Positions 1 through 8,760 of a DNA stretch of 64,000 nt are shown piece after piece (the stretch's first letter is position 1; each line of letters starts with the position of its first letter). The notes beneath the pieces were generated by a model that saw only the letters and a program-made list of their open reading frames with translations, searched no databases and was not told the DNA's origin. Origin of the DNA: an uncultured Prochlorococcus sp. (GTDB lineage: Bacteria; Cyanobacteriota; Cyanobacteriia; PCC-6307; Cyanobiaceae). Location: the NCBI RefSeq assembly GCF_902522795.1, contig NZ_CABYWZ010000007.1, forward strand, positions 9,644 through 73,643, written 5' to 3'. Position numbers and translations under genes: made by a program.

Positions 1-28
1 TATTCATCTATCCATGTTGTAATATTTG

Positions 29-916
29 TCATTTGTTTTTAGGAATTTTTCCCGCCAATTTTTGCTTCGCTATTTGCCAAAGCCTTTGAAAGTCTTTAGG
101 AGTTTGTTTTTTAATATTATCTCCTGCATGCTCTTCGACGATTGAAAATCTGTCTAAAAATTTTATATTAGTTTTTTGAAGAGCTGATTCAGGATTGATC
201 TTTAAAAAGTTTGAGAGATTAAGAAGGGTAAAGTAAATATCACCAAACTCATTTTTTATCTCTGAATCATTTTTACTTTTAATTGCGTCTTTTAATTCAT
301 TTATCTCTTCTTCTAACTTTTTAAAAATCTCATCAGTACTTTCCCACTTGAAACCATGTTTTTTAACAACATTTGTGATTTTATCTGTTCCAACCGTTGG
401 GGGTAAATTTTTAATTTTCAAATTTAAATTTCTACTAATTGACGATTTTATATGAGGTGTTTCTTTTTCTAAATTTTTTATATTTTCCCAAATCTTTTGA
501 GATTTTTTTAATGATACTTTTTCTTTTTTGTTAAAAATATATGGATGTCTATTAATAATTTTCTTGTTTAGATTTTTTATAACATCATTTAGTGCAAATT
601 CTTTTTCTTCGTAACCGATTTCAGCATGAAGCATTACTTGTAATAAAAGATCTCCTAACTCTTCACATATGTTATCAGTATTTTTTTCATATATCGCATC
701 TATAAATTCATTACTTTCCTCATACAAAAAAGGGATTAACGATACATGAGACTGTATTTTTTGCCATGGGCAGCCCCAAGTTTTATCTTTTAATGCTTTG
801 ATATTAGATATTAAGATTTTAAAATTGTTTATAGTCTCTAAATCGGAATTGTGTTCCAATTTATATCTATTGTTTGAGGACATAGGATATATTTTATTAA
901 TTAAATTTTGCCTCAA
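29..916 (-). CDS. mazG: Nucleoside triphosphate pyrophosphohydrolase MazG (tandem MazG domains)
   Basis: 295-aa ORF with two MazG-type helices (EELGDLLLQVMLHAEIG and EFGDIYFTLLNLSNF), as in bacterial two-domain MazG. Confidence 0.85.
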   Translation of the reverse strand: MRQNLINKIYPMSSNNRYKLEHNSDLETINNFKILISNIKALKDKTWGCPWQKIQSHVSLIPFLYEESNEFIDAIYEKNTDNICEELGDLLLQVMLHAEIGYEEKEFALNDVIKNLNKKIINRHPYIFNKKEKVSLKKSQKIWENIKNLEKETPHIKSSISRNLNLKIKNLPPTVGTDKITNVVKKHGFKWESTDEIFKKLEEEINELKDAIKSKNDSEIKNEFGDIYFTLLNLSNFLKINPESALQKTNIKFLDRFSIVEEHAGDNIKKQTPKDFQRLWQIAKQKLAGKIPKNK

Positions 917-981
917 TCATGAAATATTTAAATACTTAGTATAAATTTTTCAACTTCATCTATTAGAATGTTTTAGTATAA

Positions 982-1053
<72 letters not shown>

Positions 1054-1068
1054 TTTATTATTTTTCTA

Positions 1069-1410
1069 ATGACTGAGATCGTCAATCTTTCAATCAGTCA
1101 AAGCGCTGCTTCAGAATTATCTAGGCAATCTTCCTTTGCAGGTTCTCCTGGAGAAATGTCAATTGATTTGGTTGAGGATAAAAATTGTTCCGAAGGTTGG
1201 ATGCATATTAAATTAAGGCCAGGTAAATGTAATGGATCCCCTATCTCAAGAACGGAAGGAGTCACTTTATACGCGGATGTAAAAAAGTTTAATTTACTGA
1301 AAGATTTAAAATTAGATTATTACGGTGATTTAAGCGGCGGTGGATTTCTTATTTCAACACCAAAAAATGCAAAACGTTGTTCTTGCGGTTCTGGCTTCAA
1401 ACTTTTGTAG
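1069..1410 (+). CDS. HesB/IscA-family Fe-S cluster insertion protein
   Basis: The C-terminal CSCGSGF matches the IscA/HesB C-x-C-G-x-S-F signature. The ORF-track start (1024) lies inside the tRNA-Val gene, so the ATG at 1069 (MTEIVNLS...) is the more plausible start. Confidence 0.75.
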   Translation: MTEIVNLSISQSAASELSRQSSFAGSPGEMSIDLVEDKNCSEGWMHIKLRPGKCNGSPISRTEGVTLYADVKKFNLLKDLKLDYYGDLSGGGFLISTPKNAKRCSCGSGFKLL

Positions 1411-1506
1411 AATGTAGGTGCCTTTTTTTGCAAACTAATATTATTTTCATTAATTGGCTTCTATCAAGATAAAATAAATAAAAAGTTTATTGAAATAAAT
1501 TTGCAT

Positions 1507-4263
1507 ATGACAGAGATGAATGATCAATTATCTTTAAAGAATTATTCACCTTTTGAAGTAGAGAAAAAGTGGCAAGAAAAATGGGAAAGTTTAAAGGCTT
1601 TTAGTCCTAACCCTGAAGATGAAGGGGAACCTTTTTGTATTGTTATACCACCACCAAATGTAACTGGATCTTTACATATGGGTCATGCATTTAATACAGC
1701 TTTGATAGATGTTGTAGTTCGTTTTCAAAGACTTTTAGGCAAGAATGTTTTGTGTTTACCTGGAACTGATCATGCTTCAATAGCTGTCCAAACTATTCTC
1801 GAGAAACAATTAAAAAGCGAGGGTAAAACAAGCGAGGATGTTGGAAGAGATGAATTTCTTAAAAGAGCATGGAACTGGAAAGAACAAAGTGGCGGCAGAA
1901 TAGTTTCTCAATTAAAAAGGATAGGATATTCAGTTGACTGGACCCGAGAAAGATTTACTTTGGATCAAAAATTAAATGAGGCAGTTGTTGAGGCTTTTAA
2001 TATTCTTTATAAAAAGAATTTAATTTATAGAGGTGAATATTTAGTTAATTGGTGTCCAGAATCTCAATCTGCCGTAAGTGATCTTGAAGTTGAAATGCAA
2101 GAAGTAAATGGTCATTTATGGCATTTTAAATACCCTTTAATTTCTGAAAGTGGCGAACAGTTAGATAAGTACTTAGAGGTTGCAACAACAAGGCCAGAAA
2201 CTCTTTTGGGCGATACTGCTGTTGCAGTTAATCCTGATGATACAAGATATAAAGAATTTATTGGTGTCAAAGTAAAAGTCCCTTTCGTTGACAGAGAAAT
2301 ACCTATTATCGCTGATTCACATGTTGATAAAGATTTTGGTACAGGATGTGTCAAGGTTACTCCTGCTCATGATCCAAATGATTTTGCAATAGGAAAAAGG
2401 CATAACTTAAAACAGATTAATGTAATGAACAAGGATGGAACTTTAAATATTAATGCAGGCAAATTTCAAAATTTAGATAGATATGAGGCTAGAAAGAAAA
2501 TTATCAAAGAATTGGATAACTTAGGCCTTTTGACAAAGATAGAGGAATATAAACATACTGTTCCTTTTTCTGATAGAGGTAAGGTGCCAATCGAACCTCT
2601 ATTGTCAACACAATGGTTCTTGAAAATGGATGAAATATCTCAAGGATGTCTTAATGAAATTGATTCTAAAAAACCATCGTTTATTCCCCCACGCTGGGAG
2701 AAAGTTTATAAGGATTGGTTAGAGAATATTAATGATTGGTGTATCAGTAGGCAATTATGGTGGGGGCACCAAATACCAGCGTGGTACGTTTTAAATGACT
2801 CTCAAGACACAATAGAACAAAATACTCCATATGTCGTTGCAAGAAATGAAGAGGATGCCTTAATCAAAGCTAATAAACAATTTGGATTAAATATTAAATT
2901 GGTTCGTGATAAAGATGTTTTGGATACTTGGTTTTCAAGTGGTTTATGGCCTTTCTCAACCCTTGGTTGGCCAAATACAAATGACCCCGATTTTAAAAAA
3001 TGGTATCCAAATAGCGTTCTTGTAACGGGTTTCGATATTATTTTCTTCTGGGTGGCCAGAATGACAATGATGGGCAATACTTTTACGCATAATATTCCTT
3101 TTAAGGATGTTTATATTCATGGTTTAGTTCGAGATGAAAATAATAAAAAAATGAGTAAAAGTTCAGGAAATGGTATCGATCCAATACTATTAGTTGATAA
3201 ATATGGTTCTGATGCTTTGCGATTTGCTTTGATTAGAGAAGTTGCAGGCGCTGGACAAGATATTCGGCTTGATTTTGATCGGAAAAAAGATACATCTTCA
3301 ACTGTTGAAGCTTCAAGAAATTTTGCGAATAAATTATGGAATGCAACTAAATTTGTATTAATTAATAAAACTTCTAACAATAATTATTCGCTTAATGATA
3401 GTGAGGAAATTTCTTTAGATTTATGTGATAAGTGGATTTTATCTAAACTTAATAAGGTAAATATAAAGGTCACTGCTTTGTTGAAAGAATATAAATTGGG
3501 AGAATCCGCGAAACTACTATATGAATTTACGTGGAATGATTTTTGTGACTGGTATGTAGAATTTTCTAAACAAAAGTTCAATAATAAAGAGACTAAAAAT
3601 AGACAAATATCTGAAAAGGTTTTAATAAAAGTGCTCAATGATATTTTGGTGATGATTCATCCTTTTATGCCCCACATTACTGAAGAACTGTGGCATGTAT
3701 TGCAACTTAAACCAGATAACGAATTATTATCTCTTCAAAAATGGCCAACCCAAGAATATAAATTTGTTGATAATAAGCTGAATAATTCCTTTCAGCAACT
3801 CTTTGAAATTATTAGATTGATTAGAAATTTGAGAGCTGAATTAGGCCTCAAGCCATCAGAAAAAGTTCCTGTTTACTTAATTTCAGATAATGATGAATTG
3901 ATTGATTTTTTAAAAAATTTAGTTGATGATATTCAAACCTTAACTAAATCTTCTGAAGTATTTATTTTTAAACCCAATGCTGTTGATAAAAAAGAGTTTG
4001 CTAAATCTTTTTCTGGGATAATTAGTGATTTAGAGGTTTACTTACCTTTTCAGGATTTTGTAAATATAGATGCATTAAAGGAAAGGTTAAACAAGGATTT
4101 AAAAAAGGTGACTATTGAATTAGATAATTTAAATAAGAGATTATCTAATAAAAATTTCGTGGATAAGGCTCCAAAAGAAATTGTTGATGAATGTAGATTT
4201 AAATTAAACGAAGGCTCGTTACAAATGGAGAAAATTACTAAAAAACTCGAACTTTTGAATTGA
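1507..4263 (+). CDS. valS: Valyl-tRNA synthetase
   Basis: Class I aaRS motifs PPPNVTGSLHMGHA (HIGH) and KMSKS, with a C-terminal coiled coil. Full-length ValRS-like (~918 aa). The track start at 1501 is TTG; the ATG at 1507 is preferred. Confidence 0.97.
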   Translation: MTEMNDQLSLKNYSPFEVEKKWQEKWESLKAFSPNPEDEGEPFCIVIPPPNVTGSLHMGHAFNTALIDVVVRFQRLLGKNVLCLPGTDHASIAVQTILEKQLKSEGKTSEDVGRDEFLKRAWNWKEQSGGRIVSQLKRIGYSVDWTRERFTLDQKLNEAVVEAFNILYKKNLIYRGEYLVNWCPESQSAVSDLEVEMQEVNGHLWHFKYPLISESGEQLDKYLEVATTRPETLLGDTAVAVNPDDTRYKEFIGVKVKVPFVDREIPIIADSHVDKDFGTGCVKVTPAHDPNDFAIGKRHNLKQINVMNKDGTLNINAGKFQNLDRYEARKKIIKELDNLGLLTKIEEYKHTVPFSDRGKVPIEPLLSTQWFLKMDEISQGCLNEIDSKKPSFIPPRWEKVYKDWLENINDWCISRQLWWGHQIPAWYVLNDSQDTIEQNTPYVVARNEEDALIKANKQFGLNIKLVRDKDVLDTWFSSGLWPFSTLGWPNTNDPDFKKWYPNSVLVTGFDIIFFWVARMTMMGNTFTHNIPFKDVYIHGLVRDENNKKMSKSSGNGIDPILLVDKYGSDALRFALIREVAGAGQDIRLDFDRKKDTSSTVEASRNFANKLWNATKFVLINKTSNNNYSLNDSEEISLDLCDKWILSKLNKVNIKVTALLKEYKLGESAKLLYEFTWNDFCDWYVEFSKQKFNNKETKNRQISEKVLIKVLNDILVMIHPFMPHITEELWHVLQLKPDNELLSLQKWPTQEYKFVDNKLNNSFQQLFEIIRLIRNLRAELGLKPSEKVPVYLISDNDELIDFLKNLVDDIQTLTKSSEVFIFKPNAVDKKEFAKSFSGIISDLEVYLPFQDFVNIDALKERLNKDLKKVTIELDNLNKRLSNKNFVDKAPKEIVDECRFKLNEGSLQMEKITKKLELLN

Positions 4264-4265
4264 GA

Positions 4266-4862
4266 ATGAATATATTTATTGAAAATATTTATAATTTGTC
4301 TTTTTTTTTTAATACTGGAATAGGGATTTTTTCGTTTGTTTGCATTTATATTTTAATTGTTTTATTAATACTTCCAGTTTCTTGGTTATCTTTATTAGCA
4401 GGTTTTTTATATGGCTCATATTTCGGATCTATTATCGTTTTCATTTCCGCTTATGTAGGAGCATTAGTTGCTTTTTTCGTATCAAAAAGTTTTTTTGCAA
4501 AAAAGCTAAAAAATCTTTTTAGCCGTTACCCAAAATTAAGTGTTATGCAAAAAGTAGTAGAAAAAGGCGGACTGAAATTAATTTTTTTAGCGAGATTATC
4601 GCCGATATTTCCTTTCAGTATTCTTAATTATTTTTATGGTTTGAATAATGTTAAATTTCGAGATTTTGCTCTTGGACTTCTTGGAATAATTCCCGGAACT
4701 TTTCTTTATTGCTCAATAGGTAGTTTAGCAAAAAGTATCCAAGAGCTAAAAAATGTGCAATCACCAAATAATTTATATATGACTATCTTTGGAATTATTT
4801 CAACTTTTTTAGTTATATATTTCTCAGCTAAATACTCCAGAGAATATTTTGAAAACTCCTAA
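4266..4862 (+). CDS. TVP38/TMEM64 (SNARE-associated, DedA-superfamily) membrane protein
   Basis: Multi-TM ORF with the LARLSPIFPFSILNYFYGL motif typical of the family. The track start at 4260 (TTG) overlaps the valS stop; the ATG at 4266 is likelier. Confidence 0.75.
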   Translation: MNIFIENIYNLSFFFNTGIGIFSFVCIYILIVLLILPVSWLSLLAGFLYGSYFGSIIVFISAYVGALVAFFVSKSFFAKKLKNLFSRYPKLSVMQKVVEKGGLKLIFLARLSPIFPFSILNYFYGLNNVKFRDFALGLLGIIPGTFLYCSIGSLAKSIQELKNVQSPNNLYMTIFGIISTFLVIYFSAKYSREYFENS

Positions 4863-4866
4863 GTAT

Positions 4867-5019
4867 TTACTCTTTAATATTCCAATCTCTAATAGATGCA
4901 ATTAAGATAAACCACAAAAGCCTAAATTTACCTAGTAAAGTTTTGTTGGCTTCTAATTCGATATATTTTGCTTGTCCACAAGGCGTTTTTATGAATTTGA
5001 AAACTGTTTCCCTAGGCAT
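4867..5019 (-). CDS. Candidate small hypothetical protein (50 aa), not in ORF track
   Basis: My own translation gives ATG...TAA, MPRETVFKFIKTPCGQAKYIELEANKTLLGKFRLLWFILIASIRDWNIKE. It is 51 stop-free codons in a stop-rich AT background, with ~64% purine at codon position 1 and one hydrophobic segment. It lies on the same strand as, and 120 nt downstream of, the ligase. No recognisable homology and a weak RBS. Confidence 0.3.
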   Translation of the reverse strand: MPRETVFKFIKTPCGQAKYIELEANKTLLGKFRLLWFILIASIRDWNIKE

Positions 5020-5138
5020 AAGTCTCTAAAAAGTCCTGATAATTATTCTTACATTTTATAGCCAAGATTTTCAGTTTTTTTTACTTTAAAAACCACATTT
5101 TTCATTGACTACTTTGTTGAATATTATTTTTTAAAAAT

Positions 5139-6467
5139 TTAAATTTTCTCTCCAGCTTTAAAACCTCTAAAGCATTTGAATCTAGGAAACCTAAGACTAA
5201 AAGTCACCGCATCCTTGGATTTAGTTATAGCGTCAGCTCTGATTTCTACAAGTTGACCAATAAGTTGATTCCGTTTTGACCAATATTCTTCACGTTGGAT
5301 ATCACTAAATCCGCTTCCACAACTAAGATTGTATTTATGCCCATCATCTTCCCCCTCTACTAGGACAGCTCCTAGTCTACCTTTATTGCGACCTGTGCCT
5401 TCCTCAACAGATACAACCTTTAAAGTGACTTCAATAAAAGGTTTTGCTTTTAACCAACTGTGTGTTCTTTTGCATTCATACATAGCATCAGGATCTTTAA
5501 TCATTACTCCTTCATATCCACCCTCCACAGCAGATTTATTCAGCTCTACAAATCTTTTCTGTCCCTCAATGGTGTCGAGATCTACATTTTCCCATTCAAG
5601 TGTTTTTATGTGTCTTAGAAGAGTAGGATGTTTTGCTACCCATTCTTTTATTAATAAACTTCTTGATGTTTGACTAGTGTTCCATCTTCCTTTTTGGAAG
5701 TTTTCAAGGGGACATAAGTCAAATAGGTGTAGAACTGCGTCTTTTGTTTGTTTGCCATCTTTTCTATGAACCTGTTTCATTAAATCCTGAAAGTTAGCAC
5801 TCATTACTTCACCATCTAGGACTAAATCATGAGGTGCAGGATCTTTTTTTAAGACGTTTTCTATCTCTGAGATAATATGACCAAAATTATGGAATTGTTT
5901 TCCATTACGAGAAAACATTTCTACTTTATTTTGTCTAATAATAGTTAACACGCGCACACCATCTAATTTAATCTCAATTTGCTTTTTCCCTATCATTTTT
6001 TTTTCATGATTTGCACTGTCATGAGCTAAGGGACAAGAAAAAATAGGAATCGCATATTTGGGAAATTTCTTGGCTATCTTGTTGATTGTTTTTACAGATA
6101 CACCACATCTAAGATCTTTTATTAAAACTCGTCTATAAAATCCATTCCACTCTTCTTTTGTGGCAGATTCCATAGCCGTAATAATTGCATCGCGAGCAGC
6201 GTAACCAGTAAGTTCTCTTTGATTAAGCTTATTTGCTAATTCCCTAAAATCTTCCCATAAAAAATTTTGACTTTTTTCATTCTCTTTTTCAGGAACAATT
6301 TTTACACCAAAAGTTACCAATGGATCAAGTGCCATACGGATCCCCTCAAAAAAATCATCTAGACCTTGTTCCATCGCTTCTAGGATGATTTTTTCTTTAT
6401 CTAATCTACTTGGGTGTAATTCTAATTGGTGTATTATCTCTTCTTTAAACAATTCTTTTTGCCTCAC
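5139..6467 (-). CDS. ATP-dependent DNA ligase (phage/T7-like core with N-terminal extension)
   Basis: Motif I EIKLDGVR (adenylated Lys), LDGEVM, EGVMIK and WLKAKP, followed by an OB-fold-like C-terminus (LGAVLVEGEDDG). The ~150-aa N-terminal domain is helical. The GTG start is 9 nt after the stop of the upstream ORF. Confidence 0.9.
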   Translation of the reverse strand: MRQKELFKEEIIHQLELHPSRLDKEKIILEAMEQGLDDFFEGIRMALDPLVTFGVKIVPEKENEKSQNFLWEDFRELANKLNQRELTGYAARDAIITAMESATKEEWNGFYRRVLIKDLRCGVSVKTINKIAKKFPKYAIPIFSCPLAHDSANHEKKMIGKKQIEIKLDGVRVLTIIRQNKVEMFSRNGKQFHNFGHIISEIENVLKKDPAPHDLVLDGEVMSANFQDLMKQVHRKDGKQTKDAVLHLFDLCPLENFQKGRWNTSQTSRSLLIKEWVAKHPTLLRHIKTLEWENVDLDTIEGQKRFVELNKSAVEGGYEGVMIKDPDAMYECKRTHSWLKAKPFIEVTLKVVSVEEGTGRNKGRLGAVLVEGEDDGHKYNLSCGSGFSDIQREEYWSKRNQLIGQLVEIRADAITKSKDAVTFSLRFPRFKCFRGFKAGEKI

Positions 6468-6476
6468 AAGAAATTA

Positions 6477-6896
6477 TTAATTCACTTTTGCTATTCTGTC
6501 TATTTTCCAATCATTATCATTTTTTGCAAAAGTAAAATCTAATGGAAGCTCATCTTGTTTATCTTCTGATTTTAAATTCAAAGTTATTATGATTTGATCT
6601 TCTTGGACTCTAGGTCTTCCTGATTTTAAATTTCTGTATTTATTAAGGTTTAAACTAGCTAAAAATTTAAGAAAGTCTTGTCGCTTCACATGTGTTTTAT
6701 AAGTTTTTGTAGTCAAACCATACGCTGCATCAATTCTCCCAGCAGCTATTTGATCAAAAAACTTTCTTACTAATGGATTAATTCCTCTGGCGCTTATAAC
6801 TAATTTGACTGCATTAAAAGTCCAAAAAGAAACTAGTACAGCCCCGCCAACTAGTAATGCTTTAATCCCGATATCTTTAACTAGTGTTGCATCCAT
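6477..6896 (-). CDS. Hypothetical membrane-anchored protein (possibly DUF4864-like)
   Basis: 139-aa ORF with one N-terminal TM helix (IKALLVGGAVLVSFWTF) and a soluble domain. It sits directly upstream of, and is probably co-transcribed with, the ligase. The family call is only by resemblance. Confidence 0.6.
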   Translation of the reverse strand: MDATLVKDIGIKALLVGGAVLVSFWTFNAVKLVISARGINPLVRKFFDQIAAGRIDAAYGLTTKTYKTHVKRQDFLKFLASLNLNKYRNLKSGRPRVQEDQIIITLNLKSEDKQDELPLDFTFAKNDNDWKIDRIAKVN

Positions 6897-6980
6897 GTTG
6901 ATTTGTTTTTTTATTACTTTAAGAAAAGAAATCGTTTTTGATGGCTTTTTTTGTCAAAATAATACTAATTTTAATTCATA

Positions 6981-7508
6981 ATGTCCGTAATTCCTCTTTT
7001 ACCTTTATTTCATAAATTTAATAGCCAATATTTTGAAAATTCTCTAGCGGTAAATAATCAACCTTTAGTAAAAGTTAGATGGAGTGATAATAGATTAAAA
7101 ACTACAGCTGGTTTTTATAAAAGAAAACGAATTAATGGTTTTGTAGATTCTGAAATTATCTTATCCAAACCTATTTTGAGTAAATTATCTACTAGTGATA
7201 TAAATAGTACTTTATGTCATGAAATGATTCATGCATGGGTAGATAGGATATTAAAAAAAAATGAGATACATGGTCCAAATTTCTTAGAAAAGATGAATGA
7301 AATTAATGCGAAAGAGAAGAATTTTCAAATTTCTGTCAGACACTCATTTCCTATTCAAAGGAGAGAATTAAAATATATAGGAACTTGTCAAAATTGTGGT
7401 GAGAAATTTTTCTACAGGAAAAGGATAAAGAATATTGCCTGTAAAAAATGTTGTGTAAATTTCTTTAATGGATCATGGAATAAAAAGTGTTTAATTTTGT
7501 TTGATTAA
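6981..7508 (+). CDS. SprT-like zinc metalloprotease domain protein
   Basis: HEMIHAW (HExxH) motif plus a C-terminal zinc ribbon (CQNCG...CKKCC). Its 175-aa size is typical of bacterial SprT. Confidence 0.75.
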   Translation: MSVIPLLPLFHKFNSQYFENSLAVNNQPLVKVRWSDNRLKTTAGFYKRKRINGFVDSEIILSKPILSKLSTSDINSTLCHEMIHAWVDRILKKNEIHGPNFLEKMNEINAKEKNFQISVRHSFPIQRRELKYIGTCQNCGEKFFYRKRIKNIACKKCCVNFFNGSWNKKCLILFD

Positions 7509-7593
7509 AAATATAAGATATTTTTTTTTGTTTCTATATTTGGAATTATTTATTTTTTTAATGTAATTTATGTTTTAAAAAGCATAATACTCT

Positions 7594-8157
7594 ATGGATT
7601 CAAGGAGAATTAGAAATCTTAGAAATAGTTTTGATAAAAATATTGTTGATAAACAGGTTGATAAAATTTTCGAAACTGGCAGACAATTTGTTGATGGAGT
7701 ATCTGGTGCTAGGCCAGGAAAAAGAAGGAACTCAGATTTTCAAGGAATAACAAGTAAGAGTGTTAAAAAAGTAGGACGATGGGTATCTGAAAAAGTGGAT
7801 TTATTTTTTGATGAGGATAATGATGATTGGAATGATGAGAATTTATATGATGATAACAGCGATATTAAGACATTTTCTAGAGAATCAACTTCTTATGAAT
7901 CTACTAAAAAGCACTCAAAAAGACCTTTAGAAGCAATATCTTTAAGGCAACCAAAAAATTTACAGATAACTGAGCAAAAAAAATTACCTTATGTGAAAGA
8001 GAGTGAGGAGGAAGGTTGGCCAGATGAAATGGATTTTAAAGTTGAAAGATGGCAAAGAGCTTCAGAAAAAGAGAATAATACTTCGATAGATCAATCAAAC
8101 CAACAAGTTCAATCAAAATCAAGAAATCTTCCCAGATCAAGAAGAAGAAGAGTATAG
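7594..8157 (+). CDS. Hypothetical, predicted largely disordered protein with Arg-rich C-terminus
   Basis: 187-aa stop-free ORF with low-complexity acidic (DEDNDDWNDENLYDDNSD) and basic stretches, ending in PRSRRRRV. No recognisable domain. Confidence 0.55.
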   Translation: MDSRRIRNLRNSFDKNIVDKQVDKIFETGRQFVDGVSGARPGKRRNSDFQGITSKSVKKVGRWVSEKVDLFFDEDNDDWNDENLYDDNSDIKTFSRESTSYESTKKHSKRPLEAISLRQPKNLQITEQKKLPYVKESEEEGWPDEMDFKVERWQRASEKENNTSIDQSNQQVQSKSRNLPRSRRRRV

Positions 8158-8679
8158 TTTTGTAAATTCTTTAATTCCTGAATAGCCTAATAAACTTTCT
8201 AAATGTGGATTGAATACTTCTCTAATAATTGTGAGAGGCTTTTTTTCTCGAAAAAATCTATAATTTCTTGACCAAAATGGACCTTTAAAACAAAATTGAT
8301 CCTCTAACCAATTTGAATTAACAAGTGAAATTCGGTCAACTTCTCTAAACAATTCTGATCTGTCTTGTGTCAAGTTCTTCCAAATTGGTTCTTCTTTGGC
8401 TTTTAAATTTTCATTCACTTCTTCTGCATTCCACCAACTTTCAGCCCATGCTAGGTTTTTATTATTATTTTTAATCCATACTTGTCTTCTAATTAAAGGT
8501 CCATTTAATTGATTTAATTCTTTAGGACCTTCTTCAATGAATAGAGGATCTACTCGCATTGCAATTAATTTAATTTTCGTCTCTTGATTAGTTAAAAGCT
8601 GTAAATGTCTAGTTGGACTTCCGTCCCCAAGCAGCATTAATTTCCATGGACCAGATATTTTTGGTAATGAACTTTTCAC
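8137..8679 (-). CDS. Chorismate lyase-like (UbiC/DUF564 family) protein
   Basis: 180-aa ORF. The N-terminal WKLMLLGDGSPTRHLQLLT resembles the cyanobacterial chorismate pyruvate-lyase/DUF564 family. Its 3' end overlaps the convergent 187-aa ORF by 21 nt. Confidence 0.5.
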   Translation of the reverse strand: MKSSLPKISGPWKLMLLGDGSPTRHLQLLTNQETKIKLIAMRVDPLFIEEGPKELNQLNGPLIRRQVWIKNNNKNLAWAESWWNAEEVNENLKAKEEPIWKNLTQDRSELFREVDRISLVNSNWLEDQFCFKGPFWSRNYRFFREKKPLTIIREVFNPHLESLLGYSGIKEFTKLYSSSS

Positions 8680-8760
8680 TAAAAAAGTAGAGGCTTTTTC
8701 TTCCCATAAAATTTTTGGTGAATTAAAAAGTTTATTATTCAGTGCTCAGAAGGAATGCTT

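Noticed and set aside
2112-3638. Four 80-91-aa ORFs antisense to valS (2112-2354, 2802-3077, 3117-3380, 3384-3638).
   Set aside because: All lie inside the valS CDS on the opposite strand and none has a recognisable motif. They are shadow ORFs.
5329-5673. A 114-aa ORF antisense to the DNA ligase gene.
   Set aside because: It is entirely embedded opposite a well-supported CDS. Its S/P/T/C-rich composition is typical of antisense translation, and there is no start context.
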